A DNA stretch of 60,993 nt, taken from positions 1 to 60,993 of the forward strand of contig JALZUI010000040.1 of NCBI GenBank assembly GCA_023301545.1, given 5' to 3'. The notes beneath the pieces were generated by a model. It was not told the origin of the DNA and made no database searches. It was given only the letters and a program-made list of their open reading frames with translations. This DNA is from Akkermansiaceae bacterium (GTDB taxonomy: Bacteria; Verrucomicrobiota; Verrucomicrobiia; Verrucomicrobiales; Akkermansiaceae). This document shows, one piece after another, positions 48,522 through 57,650 of the stretch (positions are counted from its first letter, which is position 1; every line of letters starts with the position of its first letter). The position numbers and the translations under genes were made by a program.

Positions 48522-48830
48522 ATGAACAACCAAAAAATCAGAATCAGACTTCGTGCATACGACTACAAGGCGATTGATAAATCAGCCGAAGAGATTGTCG
48601 AAACTGCAAAGCGCACAGGTGCGCGTGTCGCAGGTCCAGTCCCTCTTCCTACTCGTATCGAGAAGTTCAGTGTGAACAAGGCGGTAAACGTAAACAAGAA
48701 GGCTGCTGAGCAATTCGAGATCCGTACGCACAAGCGTCTCCTTGATATTGTAGACCCAACAGCCCGTACCGTAGATGAGCTCAAAAAGCTTAATCTCCCT
48801 GCAGGTGTTGATATTACAATCAAAATCTGA
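48522..48830 (+). CDS. rpsJ: 30S ribosomal protein S10
   Basis: [30 protein letters not shown]. Confidence 0.97.
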   Translation: MNNQKIRIRLRAYDYKAIDKSAEEIVETAKRTGARVAGPVPLPTRIEKFSVNKAVNVNKKAAEQFEIRTHKRLLDIVDPTARTVDELKKLNLPAGVDITIKI

Positions 48831-48872
48831 TTTAGCCCGAACCTTAATTAACTTACTAACTTTCCCCAAATT

Positions 48873-49520
48873 ATGTCACTAGGCCTTATAGGAAAAAAAA
48901 TCGGCATGACTCGTATCTTTGACGAGGAGTCAGGCACATCTATTGCAGTTAGCGTCATCGACGTTGCTGATAACCAGTTCATCCAAGTTAAGAAACAAGC
49001 TACGGATGGGTACAGCGCTGTTCAGATCGGTTACGGAGACCAGAAAGAACAACGTCTGACTAAGCCAGAAGCTGGTCACCTCAAAAAACACGGTGCGACC
49101 GCTAAGCGTCTCATCAAAGAATTTCGTTTCGACAGCGATGAAGCCCTCCCTAACACGGAAGAAGCGCACCCAGGTGCAGCTCTTTTCGAAGAAGGTCAGT
49201 GGGTTGACGCTCTCGGTATCACTAAAGGTAAAGGTTTCCAAGGGGTTGTACGTCGTTACAACTTCAACGGACAACCTGACGGACACGGTCACATGATGCA
49301 CCGTAGAACTGGTGCGATTGGTGCTGGTTCATGGCCTGCACGTGTATGGAAGGGTCAGAAAATGCCTGGTCGCCATGGTGTTTACAACCGTACCGTTCAA
49401 AACCTCAAGATTGTTAAAGTACGTTCGGAAGACAATGTCATCCTCGTATCAGGTGCTGTTCCTGGCCACAATGGTCAGTACATCACTATCCGCCCAGCTC
49501 TCAAGAAAACTGCTAAATAA
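48873..49520 (+). CDS. rplC: 50S ribosomal protein L3
   Basis: GLIGKKIGMTRIFDE, GKGFQGVVRR. Confidence 0.97.
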   Translation: MSLGLIGKKIGMTRIFDEESGTSIAVSVIDVADNQFIQVKKQATDGYSAVQIGYGDQKEQRLTKPEAGHLKKHGATAKRLIKEFRFDSDEALPNTEEAHPGAALFEEGQWVDALGITKGKGFQGVVRRYNFNGQPDGHGHMMHRRTGAIGAGSWPARVWKGQKMPGRHGVYNRTVQNLKIVKVRSEDNVILVSGAVPGHNGQYITIRPALKKTAK

Positions 49521-49528
49521 TTAGAAAT

Positions 49529-50143
49529 ATGTCAGTAAAAGCTTTTACAAACAAAGAAGCCGCTTCGGCTAACATCACAATCATCGCTGAAGGTGATAAA
49601 GGGAATCAAGCGATTCACGACCTCGTTGTTGCATACCGCGCCAACCGTCGTACCGGATCTGCTAACTCCAAGACTCGTGGTGAAGTCAGAGGTACCAAGA
49701 AGAAAATGTACCGTCAAAAAGGTACAGGTAATGCCCGTCACGGTGCAAAAACCGCTCCTATCTTCGTTGGTGGTGGTGTCGTCTTCGGCCCAAAACCTCG
49801 TGACTACTCTAAGAAGGTAAACAAAAAGACGCGTAAACTCGCATTCCAACGTGCACTCGGTGCTCGTATTACGGAAGGTGCAGTCTCCAGCGTTGCTTCC
49901 TTCGCAGTAGCTGATGGCAAAACAAAATCATTTGTTAAGGAACTCTCCGCTCTATCATCCGCAACCCGCGTTCTCGTAATCGGTAAGCAGTTTGATGATC
50001 AAACCTACCTCGCTGGACGTAATGTTCAGTGGGCACTTCTTCAGACCGCTGCGGAAGTCAATGTAGAGCAGATCCTCCACCATGACCAAATCATCCTCGT
50101 TGAGGACTCCTATGAAACTCTCGCACAACGTAGTGCTTCCTAA
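49529..50143 (+). CDS. rplD: 50S ribosomal protein L4
   Basis: KMYRQKGTGNARHG..APIFVGGGVVFGPKPRDY. Confidence 0.96.
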   Translation: MSVKAFTNKEAASANITIIAEGDKGNQAIHDLVVAYRANRRTGSANSKTRGEVRGTKKKMYRQKGTGNARHGAKTAPIFVGGGVVFGPKPRDYSKKVNKKTRKLAFQRALGARITEGAVSSVASFAVADGKTKSFVKELSALSSATRVLVIGKQFDDQTYLAGRNVQWALLQTAAEVNVEQILHHDQIILVEDSYETLAQRSAS

Positions 50144-50166
50144 TCACCCTGAACCTAACTACTAAA

Positions 50167-50454
50167 ATGAGCATTAACCTCTATTCAACAATCGACACGA
50201 TTCTCCTCACAGAGAAGGGTTCCCTTCTTCAAGAGTTGAACAACGACTATGTTTTCAAGGTTCACAAGAAGGCCAATAAGCGCCAGATCAGAGAAGCTAT
50301 CGAAAAAGTATTCGACGTAAAAGTTGAGAATGTCCGTACCATGAACTGTCTTGGTAAGAAGAAACGTAAGCGCAGAGCTGACGCTGGTCGCACTGCTCAC
50401 TGGAAAAAGGCGTATGTACGTCTTAAAGAAGGCGACTCTATCGATCTCGTCTAA
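50167..50454 (+). CDS. rplW: 50S ribosomal protein L23
   Basis: VFKVHKKANKRQIREAIEKVFDVKVENVRTMN. Confidence 0.95.
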   Translation: MSINLYSTIDTILLTEKGSLLQELNNDYVFKVHKKANKRQIREAIEKVFDVKVENVRTMNCLGKKKRKRRADAGRTAHWKKAYVRLKEGDSIDLV

Positions 50455-50490
50455 TCTAATCCGAATTATTAACTCCAATTTTAATATCTT

Positions 50491-51333
50491 ATGCCATTAA
50501 AAAGCTTTAGACCTATTACTCCATCTAACCGTTACAAGATGCTTCCTTCTTTCGAGGAAATCACAACGGATAAGCCGGAGAAAAGTCTCACACGCCCACT
50601 GAAAAAATCAGGCGGACGTAATAACACCGGTCGTATCACGTGTCGTCACATTGGTGGTGGACACAAGCGTAAATACCGTATCATCGACTTCAAGCGTAAC
50701 AAGCGCGACATCGATGCTGAGGTTAAAACGATCGAATATGATCCAAACCGTACTTGTCGTATCGCCCTCGTGCAATACACTGACGGAGAGAAAGCATACA
50801 TCCTAGCTCCTGCTGGGCTGCAAGTAGGTACAACAATCTCCTCTGGAGAAAAAGTTGCTCCTAAGCCTGGAAATGCAATGCCTCTTAAGTCCGTTCCTCT
50901 CGGATCTTCAATCCACAACATCGAGCTCAAGCCAGGAAATGGCGGTAAAGTAGCTCGTGCTGCGGGTCAGGAAGCGATCCTATCTAACCGTGAAGGTGGA
51001 TACGCACTGATCAAGATGCCTTCTGGAGAAATTCGTAAGTTCCACGAAAACTGTTACTGCACCATCGGTGTTGTCGGTAACCGTGATCACATGAATGAAG
51101 TTTCTGCTAAGGCTGGACGTAGCCGCTGGCAGGGTGTTCGCCCTACCGTTCGTGGTATGTGTATGAACCCTGTTGATCACCCAAATGGTGGTGGTGAAGG
51201 TAAGTCCAAATCTGGTGGTGGTCGTCAGCACCTTAAGTCCCCATGGGGTCACGTTAAGGGTCAGAAGACACGTCAGAAGCGTAAGCCTTCAAACTCATTC
51301 ATCGTTCAACGTCGTAAGACTAAGAACGCTTAA
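50491..51333 (+). CDS. rplB: 50S ribosomal protein L2
   Basis: [32 protein letters not shown]. Confidence 0.97.
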   Translation: MPLKSFRPITPSNRYKMLPSFEEITTDKPEKSLTRPLKKSGGRNNTGRITCRHIGGGHKRKYRIIDFKRNKRDIDAEVKTIEYDPNRTCRIALVQYTDGEKAYILAPAGLQVGTTISSGEKVAPKPGNAMPLKSVPLGSSIHNIELKPGNGGKVARAAGQEAILSNREGGYALIKMPSGEIRKFHENCYCTIGVVGNRDHMNEVSAKAGRSRWQGVRPTVRGMCMNPVDHPNGGGEGKSKSGGGRQHLKSPWGHVKGQKTRQKRKPSNSFIVQRRKTKNA

Positions 51334-51371
51334 TCTCCTCGAATCTTAAATCTATAATCTAATATTATACT

Positions 51372-51641
51372 ATGCCTCGTTCACTTAAAAAAGGACCATT
51401 CGTAGATCACAAGCTCCTCGACAAAATCGATGCTGCGATCGAAGCTAAGAATAAAAAGCCAATCAAGACATGGAGCCGTCGCTCAATGATTACTCCTGAT
51501 TTTGTTGGTCTTAACTTTGACGTTCACACCGGTCGTAAGTTCGAAACTGTTTTCGTAACTGAAAACATGGTTGGACATAAGCTTGGTGAGTTCGCCCCTA
51601 CCAAAACCTTCAAGACACACGGCGGTATCGGTAAGAAGTAA
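51372..51641 (+). CDS. rpsS: 30S ribosomal protein S19
   Basis: [16 protein letters not shown]..., [16 protein letters not shown]. Confidence 0.97.
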   Translation: MPRSLKKGPFVDHKLLDKIDAAIEAKNKKPIKTWSRRSMITPDFVGLNFDVHTGRKFETVFVTENMVGHKLGEFAPTKTFKTHGGIGKK

Positions 51642-51662
51642 ACCCTTGCACTAAGAACTGAG

Positions 51663-52403
51663 ATGAAAGCTGGAAATCATAACCACACAGACTGCACACT
51701 CCCCGTATGGGGCGTGCGCGCCTTGGTGGCGATTTCCTCACTTTCTCTCTCTTTTGCAGATACTTCCAACCTGGAACTCCGTTCTCTGGAGGGGAAAGTG
51801 GAAACACTTACTCTCCAGAACCAAAAATTAAAAGACAGTCTCGTCAAATCTAATTATCGAGAAGAACAGTACGCTGCAAAGCTTACTGACATTAAGAAAC
51901 GCCTCGGGGCGCTTGGGAAGTCTCTACTTTCTGAGGAGAAAGATGCTCGCATCATCTCCGCCCTCTCCGAAGTCGAATTTCTTAATGACAAGCTCAACAC
52001 GGTGGAGGCATCGGCCGTTGAACTTATCGAAAATTACCGAGACTTCTCTTCGAGTGCACTTGTCTCCAGCCCTGATACTCGTAACAGACTAGAAGCAAGT
52101 ATCCGAAAAGCTGAAACAGCTCTTGGTTACCGGCATAAGCCAGCTCGTCAGGTCGCCACAGGCATCCTGCAGCAAGCCAAGGTCGTCAGTATTGATCAAG
52201 AAAGCGGACTTCTCGTCCTCAATGTTGGTCAGACAAAAGATGCTCGCATCGGAATGCGCTTTGCTATTAAGCGCGGCTCCCTCGACTTAGCCACCGGCAT
52301 TATCGCTGAGGTTCGCCCCTCGGTATCAGGTTTGCTAGTGGAGAAAGTTCACGAAAACCTACCTATCCAGAATGGAGATACTGCAAAAGTTCTTCTCAAC
52401 TAA
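51663..52403 (+). CDS. Non-ribosomal coiled-coil envelope protein inserted between rpsS and rplV
   Basis: 246-aa ORF in the same orientation, 21 nt after rpsS and 32 nt before rplV, with no hairpin on either side. Signal-like segment VRALVAISSLSLSFA, about 120 aa of heptad-like sequence, and a beta-rich C-terminal domain (AKVVSIDQESGLLVLNVGQTKDARIGMRFAIKRG...). Confidence 0.7.
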   Translation: MKAGNHNHTDCTLPVWGVRALVAISSLSLSFADTSNLELRSLEGKVETLTLQNQKLKDSLVKSNYREEQYAAKLTDIKKRLGALGKSLLSEEKDARIISALSEVEFLNDKLNTVEASAVELIENYRDFSSSALVSSPDTRNRLEASIRKAETALGYRHKPARQVATGILQQAKVVSIDQESGLLVLNVGQTKDARIGMRFAIKRGSLDLATGIIAEVRPSVSGLLVEKVHENLPIQNGDTAKVLLN

Positions 52404-52435
52404 TTTAAAAAACAACCCAACTCTTAAGAAATATC

Positions 52436-53122
52436 ATGGAAATCAAATCGACAACACGCTACGCGCGCTTCTCGCCTAAAAAGGGTAGAGACGTCGCTAG
52501 GGAAATCGTAGGCCTCACAGTGTCTGACGCGATCGACACGCTCACATACACGCCGAAGAAGGCTGCCTTCCTTCTCAATAAGACTCTCAAAACAGCTGTA
52601 GCTGATGCTGAGAATAACTTTGATCTCGATGCGGAAAACCTCATCGTTAAGGAAGCATCTGTTACGGCAGGTCCTGCATTCCGTCGATTCAAGCCACGTG
52701 CCAAGGGTTCTGCTGCTGCTATCAAGAAGCGTACCTCACACATTTCTGTTACTATTGCAGAAGGTGACGTAGCTGTTAAGGAAGCTCCTAAGAAGAAAGC
52801 TGCCCCTAAAAAAGAGGCAGCAGCTCCTAAGAAAGAATCTAAAGCCGCGCCAGCCGTGGCAGCAGTAACTGATGAAAAGCTCGGTGCAATTTACAAATCC
52901 GCACCAGCAGACGCAGACGATCTCAAAAAGATCTCTGGAGTTGGTCCAGTTCTTGAGAAAAAACTCAATGAAATTGGCATCTACAAATACGAGCAGGTCG
53001 AAGGATGGTCTGCTGAAAATATTGCTGAGTTTGATGACCTCCTTTCCTTCAAGGGGCGTATCGATCGTGAAAATTGGATCGACCAGGCCAAGCAGCTCAA
53101 AGAAGAAAAATACGGAAACTAA
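52436..53122 (+). CDS. rplV: 50S ribosomal protein L22 with a ~115-aa C-terminal extension
   Basis: The L22 core (ARFSPKKGRDVAREIVG...KPRAKGSAAAIKKRTSHISVTI) fills the first ~110 aa. A Lys/Ala/Pro linker and a GVGP...FKGRI...W..QAK module follow in the same ORF. Confidence 0.93.
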   Translation: MEIKSTTRYARFSPKKGRDVAREIVGLTVSDAIDTLTYTPKKAAFLLNKTLKTAVADAENNFDLDAENLIVKEASVTAGPAFRRFKPRAKGSAAAIKKRTSHISVTIAEGDVAVKEAPKKKAAPKKEAAAPKKESKAAPAVAAVTDEKLGAIYKSAPADADDLKKISGVGPVLEKKLNEIGIYKYEQVEGWSAENIAEFDDLLSFKGRIDRENWIDQAKQLKEEKYGN

Positions 53123-53148
53123 TAATCAAACTCTAAACACTCTATACT

Positions 53149-53979
53149 ATGGGACAAAAAGTAAATCCAATCAGCGTTCGCCTGATCGTCAACAAAGACT
53201 GGCGCTCTAAGTGGTACGCTACCGGTAAAGACTACACGACTAAGCTTCATGAAGATCTTAAGATCCGTAAGTGGCTTAAAGATCGTCTGCAATCAGGTGC
53301 TATCTCGAAGGTTAACATCGAGCGTGCATGGAACAGTGTTCGTGTTACGATCCACACCTCCCGTCCAGGTCTCGTGATCGGACGTAAAGGTTCTGAGATC
53401 GAAGCGATGACAAAATCAATCTCAAAGCTCTGTAAAGGAGCTCAAGTTAAGATCGATATCGTAGAAATCCGCAAGCCTGAGCTTGATGCACAACTTACTG
53501 CTGAAAATATCTGTCAACAACTCGAACGTCGTATTTCCTTCCGCCGTGCCATGAAGCGTTCTATCCAGACCGCTATGGACTTTGGTGCTGATGGTATCCG
53601 TGTTCGTTGTGGTGGCCGTCTTGGTGGAGCTGATATCGCACGTGCTGAATGGCACCGTGAAGGTAAAGTCCCTCTTCAATCACTCCGTGTTCCTATCGAC
53701 TACGGTTTCGCAGAAGCGAATACCGTTTACGGAATCATCGGTGTAAAAGTATGGATCAACAAAAAAGCTGATCTAGCACTTGGAGGTCGCCCTGACCGTG
53801 GAGGTCGTAATGACCGCCGTGGTGGACGTCGCCCTGACCGTGGAGGTCGTGGTGGTGACCGTAGAGGTGGTAGTAATGACCGTCGCCCTCGTCCAGAAGG
53901 TGATGCTAAGCCACAAGGAGATGCTCCAGCAGCAGCTCCAGCCCCAGCAGCTGAAAAGAAAGACGCTCCTAGCGCATAA
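53149..53979 (+). CDS. rpsC: 30S ribosomal protein S3 with an Arg/Gly/Asp-rich C-terminal tail
   Basis: [12 protein letters not shown]..., KH domain, GIIGVKVWI. The tail reads [30 protein letters not shown].... Confidence 0.95.
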   Translation: MGQKVNPISVRLIVNKDWRSKWYATGKDYTTKLHEDLKIRKWLKDRLQSGAISKVNIERAWNSVRVTIHTSRPGLVIGRKGSEIEAMTKSISKLCKGAQVKIDIVEIRKPELDAQLTAENICQQLERRISFRRAMKRSIQTAMDFGADGIRVRCGGRLGGADIARAEWHREGKVPLQSLRVPIDYGFAEANTVYGIIGVKVWINKKADLALGGRPDRGGRNDRRGGRRPDRGGRGGDRRGGSNDRRPRPEGDAKPQGDAPAAAPAPAAEKKDAPSA

Positions 53980-54011
53980 GCTGATTAAACCATTTAACGT
54001 AAAATAATCTC

Positions 54012-54431
54012 ATGCCTTTATTACCAAAAAGAACTAAATTCCGTAAGTTCCACCGCGGTAGCCGCGCTGGTAACGCTCAACGCGGAACTAACGTTAGCTT
54101 CGGTGACTTCGGTCTTCAATCACTTGGACGTGGTTGGATGACAAACCGTCAGATCGAAGCTTGTCGTGTTCAAATCAACCGTTACCTCAAGCGTAAGGGA
54201 AAAGTTTGGATCCGTATCTTCCCTCACCGTTCTACCACCGCTCGTCCACCTGAAACTCGTATGGGTAAAGGTAAAGGACCTGTTGATACTTGGGTAGCTG
54301 TAATTCGCCCTGGAACGGTTCTCTTTGAGATCGCTGGTGTGCCTGAATCTTCAGCACGTGAGGCTCTCCGTCTCGCTTCCAATAAGCTCGGATTCCGTAC
54401 TCGTTTCATCGAACGTAACCGCCTTAAGTAA
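54012..54431 (+). CDS. rplP: 50S ribosomal protein L16
   Basis: [16 protein letters not shown]..., MGKGKG. Confidence 0.97.
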   Translation: MPLLPKRTKFRKFHRGSRAGNAQRGTNVSFGDFGLQSLGRGWMTNRQIEACRVQINRYLKRKGKVWIRIFPHRSTTARPPETRMGKGKGPVDTWVAVIRPGTVLFEIAGVPESSAREALRLASNKLGFRTRFIERNRLK

Positions 54432-54469
54432 CCTGAAATAATTGATTATTTCTAAATCTGAATAATACC

Positions 54470-54685
54470 ATGCCACAAACAAAGATCAAAGACATCCGCG
54501 AACTCAGCCTTGACGAACTCAAGCGCAAGCTCAACGACCTTCGTGCTGAGTCTCTTAACCTCAGACTGCAACAATCTACCGGCCAGCTTGAAAACACAGC
54601 TCGTCGTAAGAACGTTCGCCGCGAGATCGCACGGGTCCTCACCGCCATCGGTGAGCTCACCAAAAAACAAACCGAATCTAACTAA
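54470..54685 (+). CDS. rpmC: 50S ribosomal protein L29
   Basis: IRELSLDELKRKLNDLRAESLNLRLQ. Confidence 0.93.
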   Translation: MPQTKIKDIRELSLDELKRKLNDLRAESLNLRLQQSTGQLENTARRKNVRREIARVLTAIGELTKKQTESN

Positions 54686-54698
54686 ACTTTCCTAACTA

Positions 54699-54965
54699 AT
54701 GAGTGAAACTACTGAAAAGAAAGCAGGTCTCCGCAAGTCACGCGTAGGTAAAGTCCTCTCAACAAGCATGGATAAAACCATCGTTGTAGAATACGTTAAC
54801 CGTGTGCCTCACCCAGCCTTCAAGAAAATCATCAAGCGTACCAAGAAATTCTACGCTCATGATGAACAAAATGAAGCAGCGGTAGGTGACAAAGTTCGCA
54901 TCGTCGAAACTCGTCCTATCTCTAAAAAGAAGTGCTGGAAGCTTGACAAAGTCCTCAGTCACTAA
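54699..54965 (+). CDS. rpsQ: 30S ribosomal protein S17
   Basis: GKVLSTSMDKTIVVEYVNRVPHPAFKKIIKRTKKFYAHDE. Confidence 0.95.
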   Translation: MSETTEKKAGLRKSRVGKVLSTSMDKTIVVEYVNRVPHPAFKKIIKRTKKFYAHDEQNEAAVGDKVRIVETRPISKKKCWKLDKVLSH

Positions 54966-54995
54966 TCTAAACCCTATCCCCCCCGACAAAAAGTT

Positions 54996-55361
54996 ATGAT
55001 CCAAATGGAATCCAAAATCGCGATCGCGGATAATACCGGTGCTCGTGTTGCTAAAATGATTGGTGTAATTGGTAAACGTACCAAGAGCGCTCGTATTGGC
55101 GACGTGATCACAATCCACATTCGTGAAGCAATCCCAACCGCCTCTATTAAGAAAGGTTCTGTAGAGAAGGCTGTAGTCGTACGTACCAAATACCCAACAC
55201 GTCGTCGTGACGGGTCTGTTCTTCGTTTCGACTCCAACGCGGTTGTTATCATCAACAAAGACGGCAATCCTAAAGGTACACGTATCTTCGGTCCTGTAGC
55301 TCGTGAACTCCGCGAGAGAAACTACATGAAAATCGTCTCCCTCGCTCCTGAGGTTCTCTAA
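54996..55361 (+). CDS. rplN: 50S ribosomal protein L14
   Basis: [17 protein letters not shown]..., [10 protein letters not shown]. Confidence 0.97.
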   Translation: MIQMESKIAIADNTGARVAKMIGVIGKRTKSARIGDVITIHIREAIPTASIKKGSVEKAVVVRTKYPTRRRDGSVLRFDSNAVVIINKDGNPKGTRIFGPVARELRERNYMKIVSLAPEVL

Positions 55362-55391
55362 TTTACCCCTTAACGGAAACTTATTATTACT

Positions 55392-55622
55392 ATGAAAAAT
55401 AAAGCACACGTTGCCAAAGGTGATACCGCAAAGGTAATCTCCGGAGCGCACAAGGGGAAAAGTGGAACTGTTCTATCAGTTGACACTAAGAAGAACACAG
55501 TTCTCCTTGATGGCGTACGTCTCGTTAAAAAAGCGATCAAGCGTACTCAAGAAAATCAAGAAGGCGGAATCGTTGAGCAAAACGCTCCCGTCGCCCTTTC
55601 TAATGTGAAGAAGGTTTCTTAA
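55392..55622 (+). CDS. rplX: 50S ribosomal protein L24 (short form)
   Basis: KOW motif VAKGDTAKVISGAHKGKSGTV. Position between rplN and rplE. Confidence 0.92.
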   Translation: MKNKAHVAKGDTAKVISGAHKGKSGTVLSVDTKKNTVLLDGVRLVKKAIKRTQENQEGGIVEQNAPVALSNVKKVS

Positions 55623-55694
55623 CCTGACGCTCATTATTTAAATACAAGCTAGCGCTTAAGCATATAACATACTCAACCGCTGACCCGCAAACAA

Positions 55695-56264
55695 ATGATC
55701 CCAAAACTAAAAGCATACTACGACGAAAAAGTAGCACCTGCTCTGAAAGAAGAGTTCTCCCTGGAGAACACTCATCAGATCCCTGCTATCGAAAAAGTCG
55801 TACTTAACTGTCACGTCGGTCGCTACCAAGCAGACCGAAAAGCCGCCGTCGAAGACGCTGTTGCCGAAATCGAAAAAATCACAGGCCAAAAGCCAAGTGT
55901 TGTTTTCGCTAAGAAATCCGTTGCTAACTTCAAAGTTCGTGAAGGCGAAGCTGTTGGCGCACGTGTAACACTCCGTAAAGAAATGATGTGGGAATTCCTA
56001 GATCGTTTCATCAATGTCACTGCTCCTAACGTACGTGACTTCCGTGGATTTTCTCCAAAAGGATTTGATGGACGTGGAAACTTCGCTCTCGGTATTCCCG
56101 ATCAAGCAATTTTCCCTGAAATCGAAATCGACAAAATCAAGCGTCAACTCGGATTCGACATCATCGTTGTAACAAGCACGAATGACAATGCGCAAGCGAA
56201 GAGACTCCTAGATGGTCTTCACTTCCCATTCCGTGAAAACAAAAAAGATGCAGACGCTGCGTAA
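55695..56264 (+). CDS. rplE: 50S ribosomal protein L5
   Basis: LKAYYDEKVAPALKEEF..., NFALGIPDQAIFPEI. Confidence 0.96.
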   Translation: MIPKLKAYYDEKVAPALKEEFSLENTHQIPAIEKVVLNCHVGRYQADRKAAVEDAVAEIEKITGQKPSVVFAKKSVANFKVREGEAVGARVTLRKEMMWEFLDRFINVTAPNVRDFRGFSPKGFDGRGNFALGIPDQAIFPEIEIDKIKRQLGFDIIVVTSTNDNAQAKRLLDGLHFPFRENKKDADAA

Positions 56265-56290
56265 ACCCCTAATTATAAAGAACAATTATT

Positions 56291-56689
56291 ATGGCAGTAT
56301 TAAGTGACCCTATTTCTGATTTCCTAACCCGTCTTAAGAATGCATACCGTGCAGAGAACGAATCGTTCACCGCACCATTCTCAAAGGCCAAGGCTGAAAT
56401 CGCTCGTATCCTCAAAAAGGAAGGATACATCTGGAACTACGAAGTTGATGATTCAGGACAATGGCCTGAGCTTAAAGTTTCCCCACGTTATGTCGACGGG
56501 AAGCCAGCACTCACCGACCTCAAGAAAGTATCTAAGCCGGGACGCCGCAGTTATGTTGGTGTCGGTGAAATCCCTCGTGTCCGTAGTGGCCTAGGAATCT
56601 CAATCCTCTCTACCTCAAAAGGAATCCTCTCAAGCCGTGAAGCAAAAGACCAGAATGTTGGTGGTGAGCTTCTCGCGCAAATTTGGTAA
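56291..56689 (+). CDS. rpsH: 30S ribosomal protein S8
   Basis: DPISDFLTRLKNAYRA..., GGELLAQIW. Confidence 0.96.
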   Translation: MAVLSDPISDFLTRLKNAYRAENESFTAPFSKAKAEIARILKKEGYIWNYEVDDSGQWPELKVSPRYVDGKPALTDLKKVSKPGRRSYVGVGEIPRVRSGLGISILSTSKGILSSREAKDQNVGGELLAQIW

Positions 56690-56714
56690 ACACTTACAAA
56701 AAGGAAACAATAAT

Positions 56715-57254
56715 ATGTCACGTGTAGGATTAAAACCAATCTCACTTCCCGAGAAAGTATCAGTTAAAGAAGACGCTGGTATCATTCTCGTAGAAGGACC
56801 AAAAGGTAAGCTCGAGTTCTCTCTTCCAAAAGGAATCTCCCTTGGAACTGAAGAAGGAACAATCGAACTTAAACGCGAAACCGAACTCCGTCAGCACCGT
56901 GCCCTTCATGGCACATGTCGTTCCATTGTGAACAACATGGTGGTCGGCGTAACCATCGGTTTCAAAAAGAATCTCGAAATCGTAGGAGTAGGTTTCCGTG
57001 CAGCTGTTAAGGGCGACAAGCTCGATCTCAGCCTCGGTAAATCACACCCGATTCTTCACCCCATCCCATCAGGTGTTAAGGTTACCGTTACCGATAACAC
57101 TAAGATTGAAGTAGAAGGGATCGATAAGCAGGAAGTAGGTCAGTTCGCGGCAGAAGTCCGTAACTACTACCCACCTGAACCGTACAAAGGAAAAGGTGTT
57201 CGCTATGTTGACGAATACGTCCGTCGTAAAGCTGGTAAGAGCGTTCAGAAGTAA
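56715..57254 (+). CDS. rplF: 50S ribosomal protein L6
   Basis: MSRVGLKPISLPEKVSV... at the internal ATG 56715. The longer track ORF would overlap rpsH. Confidence 0.95.
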   Translation: MSRVGLKPISLPEKVSVKEDAGIILVEGPKGKLEFSLPKGISLGTEEGTIELKRETELRQHRALHGTCRSIVNNMVVGVTIGFKKNLEIVGVGFRAAVKGDKLDLSLGKSHPILHPIPSGVKVTVTDNTKIEVEGIDKQEVGQFAAEVRNYYPPEPYKGKGVRYVDEYVRRKAGKSVQK

Positions 57255-57282
57255 CCCCTAACTTAACTTAATTTAACTTATA

Positions 57283-57639
57283 ATGAGCACTTTAAACCGT
57301 AAAGCCATTCGTAGCAAAGTCCGTACTCGTATCCGTAAGAAGATTCACGGTACAGCTGAGCGTCCACGTCTTGCTGTTCACTATTCTAACAAGAATATTT
57401 ACACCCAACTCATCAATGATGACGCAGGTATCACCATCGCTGCTGCCTCTACTCTCGATAAAGAAATAGAGAACGGAAGCGCTAACATCTCAACATCTGA
57501 GAAAGTCGGATCACTCATCGCAAAAAGAGCGAAAGATAACAAAATCGTAGAGGTCGTATTTGACCGTGGTGGATTCGTCTTCCATGGAAAAATCAAAGCA
57601 CTCGCCGATGCAGCTCGTGAAGAAGGTCTTAAATTCTAA
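57283..57639 (+). CDS. rplR: 50S ribosomal protein L18
   Basis: [21 protein letters not shown]..., [27 protein letters not shown]. Confidence 0.96.
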   Translation: MSTLNRKAIRSKVRTRIRKKIHGTAERPRLAVHYSNKNIYTQLINDDAGITIAAASTLDKEIENGSANISTSEKVGSLIAKRAKDNKIVEVVFDRGGFVFHGKIKALADAAREEGLKF

Positions 57640-57650
57640 TTTCTAATCAT

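Noticed and set aside
54759-55451. 230-aa minus-strand ORF spanning rpsQ-rplN-rplX
   Set aside because: It is antisense to three strongly conserved ribosomal protein genes. The sequence is low-complexity with no recognisable motifs. Long antisense ORFs are expected from the biased codon usage of highly expressed genes.
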